Origin: Lytechinus pictus
Lineage: Eukaryota
Direction: 5' to 3'
DNA: 64,000 nucleotides
Assembly: GCF_037042905.1 (NCBI RefSeq)
Contig: NC_087250.1
Coordinates: 27,220,001-27,284,000 of the forward strand
Below are positions 35,401 through 48,257 of this stretch, one piece after another (within the stretch, counting starts at the first letter, position 1; each line of letters begins with the position of its first letter). Below the pieces are notes generated by a model. That model did not search any database, had not been told where the DNA came from, and was given only the letters and a program-made list of their open reading frames with translations. The position numbers and the translations under genes were made by a program.

Positions 35401-35534
35401 TCAAAGTAACACTAGAGAGCATCAATTTAAGGTTTCTTTCCTTTTTATAGATGGGGGTACATCTGATCTAAATAAAGTAATACATCAGTGTAGACAAGGT
35501 GAACATACCATCAAATATTTGGATGAACTTGAGC

Positions 35535-35970
35535 TTATTCTTGGGAGGTGTTCCATTCTCTTGTGTTCTTTTGCTTCCACTTCAGAATAACTTGAGTTCC
35601 TACAAGGATGATTTTAGTTGAAAGTCCTCTTTCCTTCCTCATTTGGTATGCTTTATTTGCCAGTTGACTTCTACGGGCTTTCAGAGCTGGGGGTAGATCA
35701 GAGCGTACTGTAAGCCTGTTCTACTGTGGACGCTGTAGCGATGGGTCACCGGTGTTGTTTGGCTGGCGCGAGCGGTTTTCGTAGGCGGCGATGACGCGGT
35801 TCCGATCTCGAACATACACAAACTTCGCGATAATAGCCTTGGGTGGAGATGGGCGGGGCTGGTCACTAACGGCGAGGTGAGACGCATCTTCGCGGCGAGG
35901 CAGGCGATGAGCGTTGACCAAGGCGATGTCGGTTGCTTCTTCAGCGTTGATTCCAAGGTAGATGAAGACA
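35535..35970 (-). pseudogene. LINE ORF1 remnant (L1-ORF1-like RRM/CTD) with one in-frame TAG
   Basis: DIALVNAHRLP...PKAIIAKFVYVRDR...PQ*NRLTVRSDLPPALKARRSQLANKAYQMRKERG...EWNTSQE*. Confidence 0.72.
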
Positions 35971-36194
35971 TCACGCAGTAGGGCGTATACATTTTCCTCA
36001 CGTACTTCATTTTCCTCACGTACATTTTCCTCACGTAATTACTCATGCATGACTCAACCGATCAATCTAATTTTTCTCCAGGAGTTGCTTAGTGAGTGTA
36101 AAAAATTAACCTACAAAATATCATATCTCAAAATAATTCCATTCAAAAGTTACAGCAATTTTATTTAGGGGGGACTTACTTTTTTGTATATATA

Positions 36195-36900
36195 TATTTG
36201 GAAGCCTATCTTTCTACAACCTCTTTTTTTTATTGTAAGGTATCCACTGTTATCCATTTCGTAGTGAACCTTGTGCTAAACCCTACTTAATTTGATCTTG
36301 GAAGGCTATATTTGAGAATAACTAATAGGCTATATGCTATTTGTTGTAAAGTGTACCAAATACATTCGATTCGATTTAATACACCCTGTACATATATGAT
36401 CCATTCTGTTTCATTTGCCAATACAAGTGTTACTACGAATACACCAGCCATTACAATACGCCATTGCTATACTAAAAACCACAATGAACTTGTACTTGCA
36501 TAGTTGTGGAAAGATGACAATCGTAATAATATATAACATTTGACACTTTATTTGATTTATGCACTGATCCATGATGTGGAAAATCCCAAATGTATTGAAA
36601 CACAAACTGAACGTTTAATTTTAGTTGTACATTGAATTCTCATTCATTCACACAGTGTGCAGAGATTGTTAGCTGAAAGAGCGTGTATACTTGAACTTAT
36701 CGGTAAGTATGTAGCTAGTTTTACTGAGGAAGGAAAAAATCATGACTTTGAAAACTTACTCGATAGATACATTACAAATTGTGATCCACTTTAATTTGTT
36801 TCAGACCGATGCTTCAGAAATAATATCCTACCGAGTCTTTCTAATAAATTCCCTTGTAATGACGCCATCCTACAACAAATCTAGTTCGTCTCATTTTCAT
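36195..36900 (+). promoter_or_regulatory. Promoter + non-coding first-exon module, copy 2
   Basis: kB-consensus GGAAAATCCC at 36578-36587, Inr-like TCATTC at ~36640, donor CG|GTAAGT (GT at 36703). Colinear with 48258-48985. Confidence 0.55.
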
Positions 36901-37528
36901 GCAGTTTTAAGCAGTTCTTTTTCTTATGTTATGTATATAGTTTGCCTCTGCACTTTTCCTGATTAAGTTGGGCGTTTACATTTAATTTTTGTCTTACTCT
37001 AGCTGTAATTGTAAGTTGGTTATACGATCGTTACGTCATATTATGATTATGTTTCATTTATTTGGGTTTTTTGTTGTTGGTTTATTCAATCCAATAAATG
37101 CATGAAATAATGCAAACAGAAGTTAGCATAAAAAAGCGTTGCAAAAAAATCACATGATGGAAAAAACTACATTACACCCGAAATATAGTCCTTTCCATTT
37201 TCAAAATAAGATAATAATTGTGTACTTCATAACTGAAATACATACGTCTTATATGAATTTCATGCTTGAACCATGTTAATTTTAGTTGGTTATGTTATAT
37301 TTTACCTTTAAGTGTTGCATACAAGCGGTTTTTTTTTTGCATTTGCTTCTTTTTGGGGTGAAAGAACTAATGAGGCTCTTCTGCCTTTAAACTGTTCTCA
37401 TTTTTTTTTATTATGTCTGGGTTTGAGGAGTGTCTTTATGCAAACATGTGTATAAATGTACTTTAATTTTTGAATAAGATAAATGCATATGAATGAATGA
37501 TATTTTGTCTTGTCTATGGAAGTATTCG

Positions 37529-37815
37529 GAGGCGCGGATCCATTGGGGGGCCGAGGGGGCATTAATTGCCCCCCCCCCCCCCGCTCGAAAAAAAGAGAGA
37601 AGAAGAGAAGGAAGGAAGAAGTGAAAAGGGGAAAGAAGAGGAAAAAAATAGATAGAAGAATAGAGGAAGAGGGGGAAAGGGGAGAAGAAAAAAAAGGAGA
37701 GGAAGAGGGGGAAAGGAAGAGAAGGAAAGAGAGAGAGAGAGAGGGGAAGAGAGGAAAGGGAGAAAAAAAATGTTCAAACGGGGGAGGGAATTGAAGTTTA
37801 TACTAGGGGCGCCGA
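37529..37815. mobile_element. End fragment of a hAT-like MITE with a GA-rich tract
   Basis: AGGCGCGGATCCA terminus resembles the TGGATCCGCGCCTG end at 27730-27743; polypurine interior. Confidence 0.5.
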
Positions 37816-38764
37816 ATTTATTTTATTTGAAAGCAAAATTCAATTATTTATTCATGACTTTGGTACCACCATATCAAAAAGCAATGAGCAAAGAATATTT
37901 TCTGAGATTTTCAAGAAATTCAATGAAGTTAGTTTATATCAACAAGCCAAAGAAGAAGAAAAAAAGTGATCAAAATATTTCATCAAAAAATCACATCCAC
38001 TGAAACATGCATTTTTATCGGTACCATCCAGAGCATAACAGTGTTAGATTATTCAAGTTTAAACAATTTGATTAAAAAAAAATGTTGTGACGACACTTTA
38101 AGGGTATTTACAGTTGTGCATTATTCGATTCGTTATTATTATTCATGGAGCACTTTTTTTCATAATCTAAAACACAGGTATGTTGTATACCACAAACGAC
38201 AATGGGAGTCGATGATCAAAATCAACTGCATGAGTGTGATTACTTGTAAATTGATATGTTGACGTAATAATGCGTCGCACAGAGAAGGTCATAAGGTCGC
38301 ATTTAATACTTTGGTGACAAAGCATCAGCGACAAAAAGCCTGTATTAAGTGAACATAATTGCAAATGATGTCGATTTTATCTCGTTGATAAATTTACGTA
38401 CTAATTGATGTTCCCATCTTATCTGTATTTGGTGTTTTGTTAATATAGATTTTGAGGTTACGCTTTACAGACATATCTCTTTCATTTTCTATAAATTTAA
38501 CAATTAATGTTGTTACATTAGTGTACAACTTCTTTGAAGTTGTTTTTAGTTTGTTCGCAATTTTTTTTTTGATAATCGTACTTATCAAAATGAAACAATT
38601 AATAAGTTGGGGGTATTTGTTTAGGTGCCTTTATGGATCAACCTCCCCCCCCAAAAAAAAAGAAAAATGATTCGACTGATTATTGTTATAAAAAAACTTT
38701 CTCCAAGATTTTGAGTTTTTACCATAAGCTTTTATATAATAATATAAAATATATAACGCTTTTT

Positions 38765-39018
38765 TGCCAGAGGATACACAGCGCTGCTCTTATCACCCAA
38801 GCTTTAGCTCTGAGTCGAGCTACCATCACCATGATCACTGGCGCGGCGCTCAGTGGATGCAAAGAAGTGCGTGCCGGGTACCCATTCACCTCACCTGGGT
38901 CGAGTGCAGCACAATGTGGATAAAATGTATTGCTATTAAAGGTAAACACGCTATAGCTAGGATTCGAACCCTTGACCTCTACTTGTAAGGTGAAAGTCGG
39001 AACCACTAGACCACTATG
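38765..39018 (-). mobile_element. tRNA-derived SINE
   Basis: Minus strand: A-box-like TAGTGGTCTAGTGG, B-box GGTTCGAATCC, and the shared SINE core. Confidence 0.8.
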
Positions 39019-39441
39019 TAAAATGTAAAATAAATGTAGAATGGCGAGGCTATAACAATAATGTAAACTATATATTCCTATATTCTGTCGATTGATTTTC
39101 TATAATAAATGTAAATAACTTGTTCTGTGTAAACAAAAATTCGATAATGAGCCGCTATTATACAATGGAAAATGTACAATCCTAGATTCCAGTATTCACA
39201 GCATTTTCTTGGTAATATTTTCTTAGATTTTTGTTTAAAGAGTCAAACTGGCTTATGGACATTTTATGTATAAGGTGTTTATTTGGCAGAAAAGGATATC
39301 AGTTTATCTGGATCAATCAATATATCATATTAAACAGCCCCAAAACATAAACCAGCATAAAAGAAAACAAATTCAACGAAAGTTATAATCAGCATGCAAA
39401 CTGCGATGGATGGAGGCTAAGGAAAAAGTGCTAAATTTACT

Positions 39442-39734
39442 GGCCCGTATTTTGATAGCAGGTTTAACTTATACTCAGGTTTAAAGTTGTGGTTTAAGTA
39501 TGAGAAGCCAAAAGTATCAAATATTTTATTAAGTTGTATGTTTCTTATGTTTACTGTGCTCTTTCCTGATTTATTGATGGTGAAGACAATCATCTATGTA
39601 TACTTTCTAGACAATTATGAATAATTTGAGAGCCAAATGAGCTGAAGTATGATATATCTACTGTTAGTGATTTTGAAACAATTGGCTTTTCATACTTAAG
39701 CCACAACTTTAAACCTGCTATCGGAATACGGGCC
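39442..39734. mobile_element. PIF/Harbinger-like MITE
   Basis: TIR GGCCCGTATT.TGATAGCAGGTTTAA / TTAAACCTGCTATCGGAATACGGGCC. 3-bp TSD ACT. Confidence 0.8.
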
Positions 39735-40242
39735 ACTGAGTGTTGTAATTCGTTGGATTGCTGTAAAGGGATGCCAAGAAAATAGAAACTTTTCTTTTTA
39801 AAACAAAACTAACACCATCTTGCTAAGGACTTCTCTTTTCTACTATTCTGCAATTCGACAAATTCATATCAACGAACAATATTATTTTACTTTAAAAAAA
39901 TTCATTTACCCACAAACTTCCAACAGGTTCTTACTTGTTTTGATTGTCTAATTTATCGTGGTAAACATTTAAGTTTATGTTGTAAATGTTACGAGACTCC
40001 CCCTCGTTTGTAACAATATCTCCTCTTATAAAGATACTGAGAAAGTTATTCCAAAGAAAAATAAAGTAAAATGGCAAATCACAAATAAATTGTTTACTTC
40101 CAAAGCATGAATTTATCTACTGTAGCTTTGTGTTCATTATAATTATTTTATTTTCTTCTTTTATTGAAGCAGCTTTGCTGTAAGTTCTTTTAACTTTCTG
40201 TTTATGTTGTAGTAGTGTGTTTATGTCATACTTCCTGTGAGA

Positions 40243-43200
40243 TTTTTTTTTTGTTAATTATGTTTTTATTGTTTTCATAAATAATCAATTACAGAAAATC
40301 ACAATATTCACATAATTAGACATGATCGTAAACAAACAAACAAAAATAAAACAACAACATTGATAAAGAAAAAAGAAAAAAAGTGACAAGTAACATAATC
40401 CAGAACAAACTAAAACAATTAGAGTTATACATATACGTACAACCATTATATCAGGTAATGAGCCGTGGCAAAATATTAAGCTGTACTTGCGGGGTATAAA
40501 AAAAAGCAACGTGTTTTACAAGTGAACTTCTTCAAAGCTCAAATCTCCATTTTTTTTAATGTAAAGCAAGCTTGTTTCTTTTTTTGGCCGTATAGTATTC
40601 AGTTTCCCTTTGAGATTTGATAAAATTCTTAAAGAATTCAACATTTGGAGTATCACCTCTAAATTTACAAATATATATGTAATATTTCACAATCAATAAA
40701 ATGTAAGTTACAAACTTATCAGTTATTATACCAAACAGTTTTTCAAAATTCGTAAGATTAATAACATTGCCTTTACGTTCTAACGAATTTGTAACATATT
40801 TCCAAAGTGGAGTCACCTTTTCACATTCGCAAAATAAGTGTACAATCGTTTCTTCTTCTTTTTCACAAAATACACAGTTGGGAGATTCCTTTCTATTGAT
40901 TTTGAATAAAAAATCATTCAATGCTATACTTTTATGAAATATTTTAAAATAAAAAGAGCGCAATCTAGTGTCAATAGTACAAGTGAAATTGACATTATGA
41001 ACCTTCTCCCAAATGGTTTCTTCAGGAACAGTAATTTGACTTTTCCAATAATAATACCTCTTCTCAGGGATCTGAGGTACATTCATTATCTTATAAGCAT
41101 ACTTCGGTACTTTTTTAATAGCAAGTAACGAGAAAACTAGGGAATCATGAATGTTTACACTATATAAAAAAGGAACGTCTAACCAGTCCTCTGGAATGTG
41201 TTTGATCAAAAAATTATATTTTCTTCGATCTGATCTCGGAATGTCAAAGTCTAAAATCAATTCTTCAAACAATTTATGGTTTGGTAAGGGTGGGTTCAAT
41301 ATATCTGAAATGCTTGAGATGTTCTTGTTATCCCATGATTCATAATAAAAATACCTTTTGGATTTAGAGCGAATGAGTCTATTAAACCAAAAAATCTGAC
41401 AAGTACCAATTTCAGAGAATTTAGCGTGATATGATTCTAGAGTAGCATATTCACGATAGACATACCAAGTTCGCAATGAATCGGCTATTTGAGAGTTTTC
41501 CAGAGATTTTAAAATTGATTCTGGGGCAAATGCTTTCCATAAAATTTTGTTATCCTTATGAAATTTTTCCAAAGCCAGCACTTCAATGGACTTCCATGCT
41601 GAAACATATTTATCATTAAGTAAAAGTTTCACCCAAGACATTTTCTGAGCAAAAGAAAAAAACCCAAGGATCAATCATTTTTAGGCCACATTGAATATAA
41701 TCACTATACATATATTTTATTTTGACTCTATCTTTTCCACCATCCAAATAAACTTGAAAAAAGACTATTTAATTCATTAAAATATTTTTGGAGTATTTTT
41801 ATACTTAACACAGAGAACAGATACATTTGTTGAAGCAAGACTAAAGACTTGATCACACAAATTTTACCAATAAGAGATAGATTTCTCATCCGCCAACAAT
41901 TTATGGTCTGTGTCATTTGCTTAAGTTTTTCTTTATAATTAAGATCAAATATCAAACTCAAATCCAATGAAAAATTTCTCCCTTAAGACTTAAATGTAGA
42001 GTTTCTCCAAGTAAGTCCTTGATTACTCATGGGGAAGTCTTGGCACCCTTTCTTTGACCCAATCCAAATTGCTTCAGTCTTAGATAAATTCAACTTGCAT
42101 CCAGAATATTTCCCAAATTGGTACAAAACATCAAACAATGAATCAAATGACTTTCTGGACCCATCTATAAAACAAACAGAATCATCTGCAAACAAAGAAA
42201 TTTTAACTTCATGATCATGTATCTTCATCCCATTCAAATTATCGTTTTGTCTTATTGATAATGCCAAAATCTCAATGACAAACAAAAATAAATATGGAGA
42301 AATAGGGCTGCCTTGAAAAATACCTCGTTGCATAGAAATGCGATTAGTCAAAAAGCCATTATTTAGTACATAAGAAGTACGTTCCTTATATAAAGAGTCT
42401 TTATCCAATATAAGAAGTTGTCCCCAAAGTTGAACTGTTTTAAAGTCTGAAAAAGGAAATTATGATTTACACTGTCAAAAGCCTTTTCAATATCAAGTAA
42501 TAGTATAGCTCCTGGTATATTATTTGCTTCAGTGTACTCTATGATATCAAATATTAAACGTACATTATGACTTATGTTTCTACCTCTTAAAAAAGCAAAT
42601 TGATCAGTATGAATAAGACAATTAATAAAACGTTTAATACGTTCTGCCAGACATTTTGCCAATATTTTATAATCAACCGTCAAAAGCGTAATAGGCCGGT
42701 AGTTTTTAATCAAAAGGTCATCCCTGTTTTTTTTCGGAAGGAGGGTTATAATACCATTTCTTTGTGATAATGACATCATCCCACTTCGTAGAGAATAATT
42801 AAAAGAATCTAATAACATATCACATATATCCGGCCAAAACACTATGTAAAATTCAATAGGAAGACCATCAAAGCCAGGGGCTTTGTTGGTTTTTATAGAT
42901 TTAATGACATCAACTATCTCTTGTTTTGAAAGTGTTTTTTTTTCTCCTAATTCTTTTTCACTATCTGTTAATTTAGGAATATTTATCTTATTAAATAGAT
43001 CTTGGAAATTATCATCTGAGCTATTCTGATGTTGGGAATTACTATACAAGTTTTCATAAAAGTCATGAATTTCTTTTGATATCTTATCTGGGTCAGAAGA
43101 CAACTTTCCCTCTCCATCCTTGATTGTACTGATATTTTTTTTTTCTGCCAAGATCTATTTTCTAAATTACAAAAATATTTTGAATTCTTTTCTCCTTCTT

Positions 43201-44992
43201 CTAACCATCTGACCCTGGATCTGATTATCAAACCTTTTGTCTCGAAATCATATAATTTATCCAATTTATCTTCCAGATCAGCTATATTTGCTGAAAGAGT
43301 ATTATTCTTGGAGACATTTTCACTTAGTTAATAATAATAATAATTATAACATTTGTAGGGCGCTTAATACAGGTGTTTCTAAGCGCTCAGTTTTCTGCCT
43401 ATCAACTAAATTACCGGGGAAAAAAAAAATAAATAAAAAAATAAAAAATAAAAATAAACCTTGATATATTCAAAGCAAAATTTTAAACAAACAAATGCAA
43501 CTAAGATGTGCACCTCAATATAGACCAACCCACAACTGATACCTATACATTAAAAAGGTGGGTCTTTAGCAAGGTCTTAAATTGATCAAGGGAGTTGGCA
43601 TTATGGATGTGAGATGGTAATTTATTCCACTGGATTGGAGCGAAAACGGAAAAGGCTCGATCCCCATAACTGGTATTTGTACGTGGTCCTAAAGTAAGCT
43701 GCAAGGTTGTTGAAGAACGAAGTGGTCTGAGTGAGCTAGAAGAGCGGAGAGAAATGAGATTAGAGAGGTATTCAGGAGCTAGGCCATTGATTATTTTATA
43801 CGTCATGAGAAGAACTTTGAAAATGATGCGTTGGCGTATTGGAAGCCAATGAAGTGATTTCAGAATAGGTGTAACATGTTCAGATTTTCTTGAAAGAGTA
43901 ACAAGCCTTGCAGCACTATTTTGAATTCTTTGAAGTGGGCGTAAATGTGACAGTGGGATACCAGAAAGAGCAGAATTGCAGTAATCAATGTGGGAAGATA
44001 CAAAAGCATGGGTAAGTTTAGCAGTTGTGGGTTGGTCGAGTAGCCTCCTCATTTTTCCAATCTTAAAAATACCAAAGGAGGCAGACTTACAAATATTCTT
44101 AACATGCTGTTGAAATGTGAGATTCTTGTCAATTGTCACCCCAAGATCCCTTACCAACTCATTACACATCAAAATACTATCGCTAGTGCTACTTGTGGTT
44201 GAGAGCATTGGGAAGGACTCGGTGTTTCTAAATTTGGAGGAGATGTGGATCATTTCAGACTTGCTTTCGTTAAGACAGAGTTTGTTATCATGTGACCAGG
44301 CTTTGATGTCCTCTAAGCAACTATTGAGCTTCTGAGACTTCATTATCTCAATTTCTTTATTGAGATGATCCTTTTCTTTTTTCCTTTCTTTCTTTTTCCT
44401 GGCAAAGTATTCCATACTGCAACCAGTAATTACACATTTAAGGGCATCCCACTGAGTGTTTGGATTACATTCAGTTATCCTTATGTATTTTTTTAAATTC
44501 AGAGATCTTCTCCTTAATTAAATTCATATATTCTGCATCATGATGTAAATAATGACAATTAAGCTTCCAATATCCTTTACCTCTTTTGGGACTATTATCG
44601 TTGAAATGTATAGATACTATGGAATGGTCAGATTGGATTCCCGGGGATATTTTCGACTTAACGCAGTTACCTATAAAATCACTAGAAACCAAAATGTAAT
44701 CCAATCTGGAGAGAACTTGGGGTGACTTTTGATGTCGTGTATATTGTCGCTGTGTTGGGTGAAAATGTCTCCAAACATCAATTAAGTTGTATTCTTCCAT
44801 GAGATCTGAAATCATATTGCTAGCCCTAACATTAGAGTGATGGTGTCTTGTACCCTGGTAATCTATATCACTAAGGGTGGCATTGAAGTCTCCGCCCAAG
44901 ATTAAGGACGAACTTTCAAACTTGTCCATTTCTGCAAATGTCTCTAGAAAAAAATTAGGGTCATCGTTGTTGGGAGCATAAATGTTAACATG
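40243..44992 (-). mobile_element. Decayed, 5'-truncated L1/Tx1-group LINE (ORF2 with several frameshifts)
   Basis: NIYAPN, GGDFN, SRLDYIL, SDHS, GYWKLN, KAPGFDG, NYRPITLL, LDIEKAFDSV, QGSPISP, FADD, CVFC..HLFCEC spread over several ORF pieces. A-tail at ~40243-40252. Confidence 0.92.
43329..44331 (-). mobile_element. 5'-truncated L2-type LINE inserted in the L1/Tx1 element
   Basis: NKLCLNESKSE, VRDLGV, SHIDYCNS, LQRIQNSAAR, LHWLPI, YGDRAFS...WNKLP, FKTLLKTHLF. (TTA)n tail at ~43330-43345. The host ORF resumes on the other side. Confidence 0.9.
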
Positions 44993-45135
44993 TTTAATTT
45001 ATTTTTTTATTTTTACAATATTGTTTGCTATATGAATGTTAACAGGTTGAGAATAGTTGTTTTACAGTTAAAACAAGTTTTTAAAGTCTTGAATATCAGA
45101 GCTTGATATTTAAAATAAATCTAATATGCAATATA

Positions 45136-45430
45136 GGCACATTGTGGTCTAGTGGTTCTGACTCTAGGGGTCGAACCCTAGCCACGGCGTGTTTTTCTTC
45201 AACAAGAAATTTATCCAGAACTGCACTCGACCCAAGTGAGGTAAGTTGGTAACCGGCAGGATTGATTCGTTAAATGCACTGAGCGCTGAAAAGAACCTCG
45301 AGCTAAAGCTGGGGTAACAATGCACCTCAAAATAGATTGTTTCTAGATAGATGGTGCTATATAATTAAATGTCTATCTTATTTTTATTATTATCATAATT
45401 ATTAATTTTATTATTATCATTATTGTTGCT
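45136..45430 (+). mobile_element. Decayed tRNA-derived SINE
   Basis: TGTGGTCTAGTGG A-box-like, GTCGAACCC B-box-like, core CACTCGACCCAAGTGAGGT, tail TCTAGATAGATGGTGCTATATAA plus (TTA)n. Confidence 0.8.
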
Positions 45431-46116
45431 AGTTTAAACATTATTGTTCAATAAATTGAACATGAATGTTTAAACTGTACTGTAAAGAAAAATAGTAAGT
45501 AGCGTTGTATAAGAACTAAACAGCGCTTTATTATGGTTATAAAATGTTTTCCTTGAATAAGAAATATTAATTAGATGTGGAATATTAATTATGATTTGAT
45601 TTCGAACCAGAGTTACATATATAAATCAAACACAAATGATTACCGAAAGGGTTCATGATGCACGGTTTATACGCAAATAAATATCCTTAAAAAATATAGA
45701 AGTAAGGAGAGGAGTTGGAGGGGAAAGTTCCATTCCTAAGTTTTCTCAAATTTTGACATGCAAGAATGCTTAACTATATGTTTTGTGCGTTAAACAAAAA
45801 CATCGGATTTTTATTAGCGACACTTTGTAAATTATTTTCTTTAGGATTATTTGATAAATTTATTAGGAATTCAACCCGAATGAAAAATAAAATATTAACA
45901 CAATTCGCCTGTATATTATGTTAATAATATTCAACTGCTTGTCAAACAACACTGATCTATTACGTTAATAATATTATACTGCGTGTCAACAGAGACAGTA
46001 CTATTATGTCGATAATAATGTACCGGCATCCACTGGAACGGTAACAACAAAAAAACGAAACAATAATAAAAGAGGAAAAATTCGATTTGGTGGGTGTTTT
46101 ATAGAGCTGTTCGTAA

Positions 46117-47305
46117 AGCCCCTTTCACAATTGACGTACGACCATTTGCGACCTTTTGGTCGTGCGACAGGCTGCAACAGGCATCAATCGCTAGTCATCT
46201 CATAAGATCGCACAGAGGCTTTTACAGTTGAAACAGCTGTCGTACAACAAAAACAACCAGTAAACCCCGTTGCACGAGTAAGTCGCATATGCTCTTATTG
46301 TGCTCGTGCGATCACATGCTAGTGTTGCACGAGGGATTGCGAGTGGAACGGTCGCATACATGCGAATGAAACGGTAGTGCAATGTTGGAAGCCGTTGCGA
46401 TCGGTCTTGCAACAGTCTTATGGCCCATATTAGTATCGCAACCAGTAGCAAGACAGGTCTCTGTACATGTAGGTCGCTTGCACATGTGCAAGTGTTGCAC
46501 GACCTCCAGTCAAGTAAATGCGACTACTTAGTTGTGCCACCTCTCGCACCAAGTCGTACAACGTTGAACAACACTCGCACGATGATCGCCCGACCGATGG
46601 TACGACCCCGGGTACGGCCTGATGCGAGTGAATCGATCGTATTTGATCGCGTTCGGATTTTGAACATGTTCAAAGTTCAGATGTGACCAGTCACGACCAC
46701 CTCGAGTTCGTGCGACCGTCTACAACGACTGCGAGTGCTCGCAAGACACCAAGAGATCGATCGTGCAACAACAAGAAAAAACTGTTGCAGGCGGTCGTAA
46801 ACTGGTCGGACGTCAATTGTGAAAGGGGCTGAACGGTCGCATACATGCGAATGCAACGGTAGTGGAATGTAGTAAGCCGTAATTTCGATCGGTCTTGCAA
46901 CAGTCTCATAATATTATCGCACCCAGTCGCAAGACTGGTCTCTGTAGGTCTCCAGCACATGTGCAAGTGTTGTACGACCTCCAGTTGACTAAATGCGACT
47001 ATACTTAGCTGTGCCACCTCTCGCACCAAGTCGTACAACGTTGAACAACACTCACACGATGATCGCCCGACCGATGGTACGACCTGTTGCGAGTGAATCA
47101 ATCGTATTTGATCGCGTTTGGGTTTTGAACATGTTCAAAGTTCAGATGCGACCAGTCACGATCACCTCCGACCACCTCGAGTTTGTGCGATCGTCTACAA
47201 CGACTCCGAGTGCTCGCAAGACACCAAGGGATCGATCGTGCAACAACAAGAAAAAACTGTTGCAGGTGGTCGTAAACAGGTCGTACGTCAATTGTGAAAG
47301 GGGCT
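46117..47305. mobile_element. PIF/Harbinger-like MITE with a duplicated 3' half and two right TIRs
   Basis: TIR AGCCCCTTTCACAATTGACGTACGACC. Right TIRs end at 46830 and 47305. Flanks are TAA/TGA. Empty site visible in the paralogous block near 55600. Confidence 0.88.
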
Positions 47306-48257
47306 TGAGGTACAAATGTCTTTGCGCAAGACTGGTAAATGTTCTCAGGTGATAAAGTCAGCTACATAGGCATCCGTTAACCAAAGAAAGGTTCACCAGT
47401 CTGTGTTTCATAAAGCTCTTCGTGAGTTATGACGAATGCCCGTCATAACTCACGAAGAGCTTTATGAAACACACAACAGATAGATTTTTACATTGACTAA
47501 TAACAAAACATGCCCAAACCTTTGACTTCCATTATTAAAAACAACTCTATTTAAAGTTATGTACGTTTACATGTACAGTTTGAAGGTATGACGAAATGAT
47601 TATTTACGCGAAAAGATGGATATAATATTTTAACATCCGTTAATGAGAGCCGCTATAGAAAATTTTATCACGGCAATTATAGACGATTGTCGAAATAAAT
47701 AATTGACACTGATTATGCACTTTGAGCACTCCACAAAGTGTATTTGGTGGTTTTTTAAACATTAATTTTATTAATATTATCATCATATATTTATGTATAT
47801 GATATACGTTGAGAAAATATTAATTTTTCAAATGTTTCTTGATTGTATGATTAAAATAGAGCAGAGAGGTATTATTGATAATTTTCAAGCAAACCATTAT
47901 TCTTGTATTGGTGTTATTAAATAGATTTGAATTTTTCGCTTGCATGGTCGTAGTAATCATTTTGGAAGAAAAGGCACTTCATATTAAACAGCATTTGTAT
48001 AGAAAGTGATAGGAATATAGGATTCTTGACCAAACTTGTAAAGTGTTTTAGTTACTTAAGAAAACTTTTTTTATTTGACAGTTTTTATTTATATTTCTTG
48101 TGTACTGTAAAAGGCAACTATAAAAAAAAAAATCTAGCCGCTATGTTCTATTAGGAATCGAATCTTTGACACAATAAACACCATCATGGAGCGACTAATA
48201 AAGATTTCAACAATTTTATACTCATTACTAGGAATCAAGAACCATTACTGTACATAC

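Larger units (their letters stand above)
28893..35975 (-). mobile_element. Decayed Crack/Daphne-like (CR1/L2-group) LINE: ORF1 C-terminus, ~3-kb spacer and APE domain; split by the Penelope-like insertion
   Basis: The APE reading LHHNIRS, GFSETWL, GGGV, IYRPP...NNKKVF resumes as IMGDFNLNLL...FIDMMLSNF at 28978-28893. ORF1-like remnant at 35535-35970. Confidence 0.72.

Noticed and set aside
43543..44415. 290-aa ORF that looks like a novel chimeric protein
   Set aside because: Chance in-frame join of L1/Tx1 ORF2 (first ~29 aa) with an inserted 5'-truncated L2 fragment; both parts are incomplete.
46200..47352. Overlapping 60-136-aa ORFs in a GC-richer block
   Set aside because: They lie within a non-autonomous MITE and have no transposase or Myb-like motifs.
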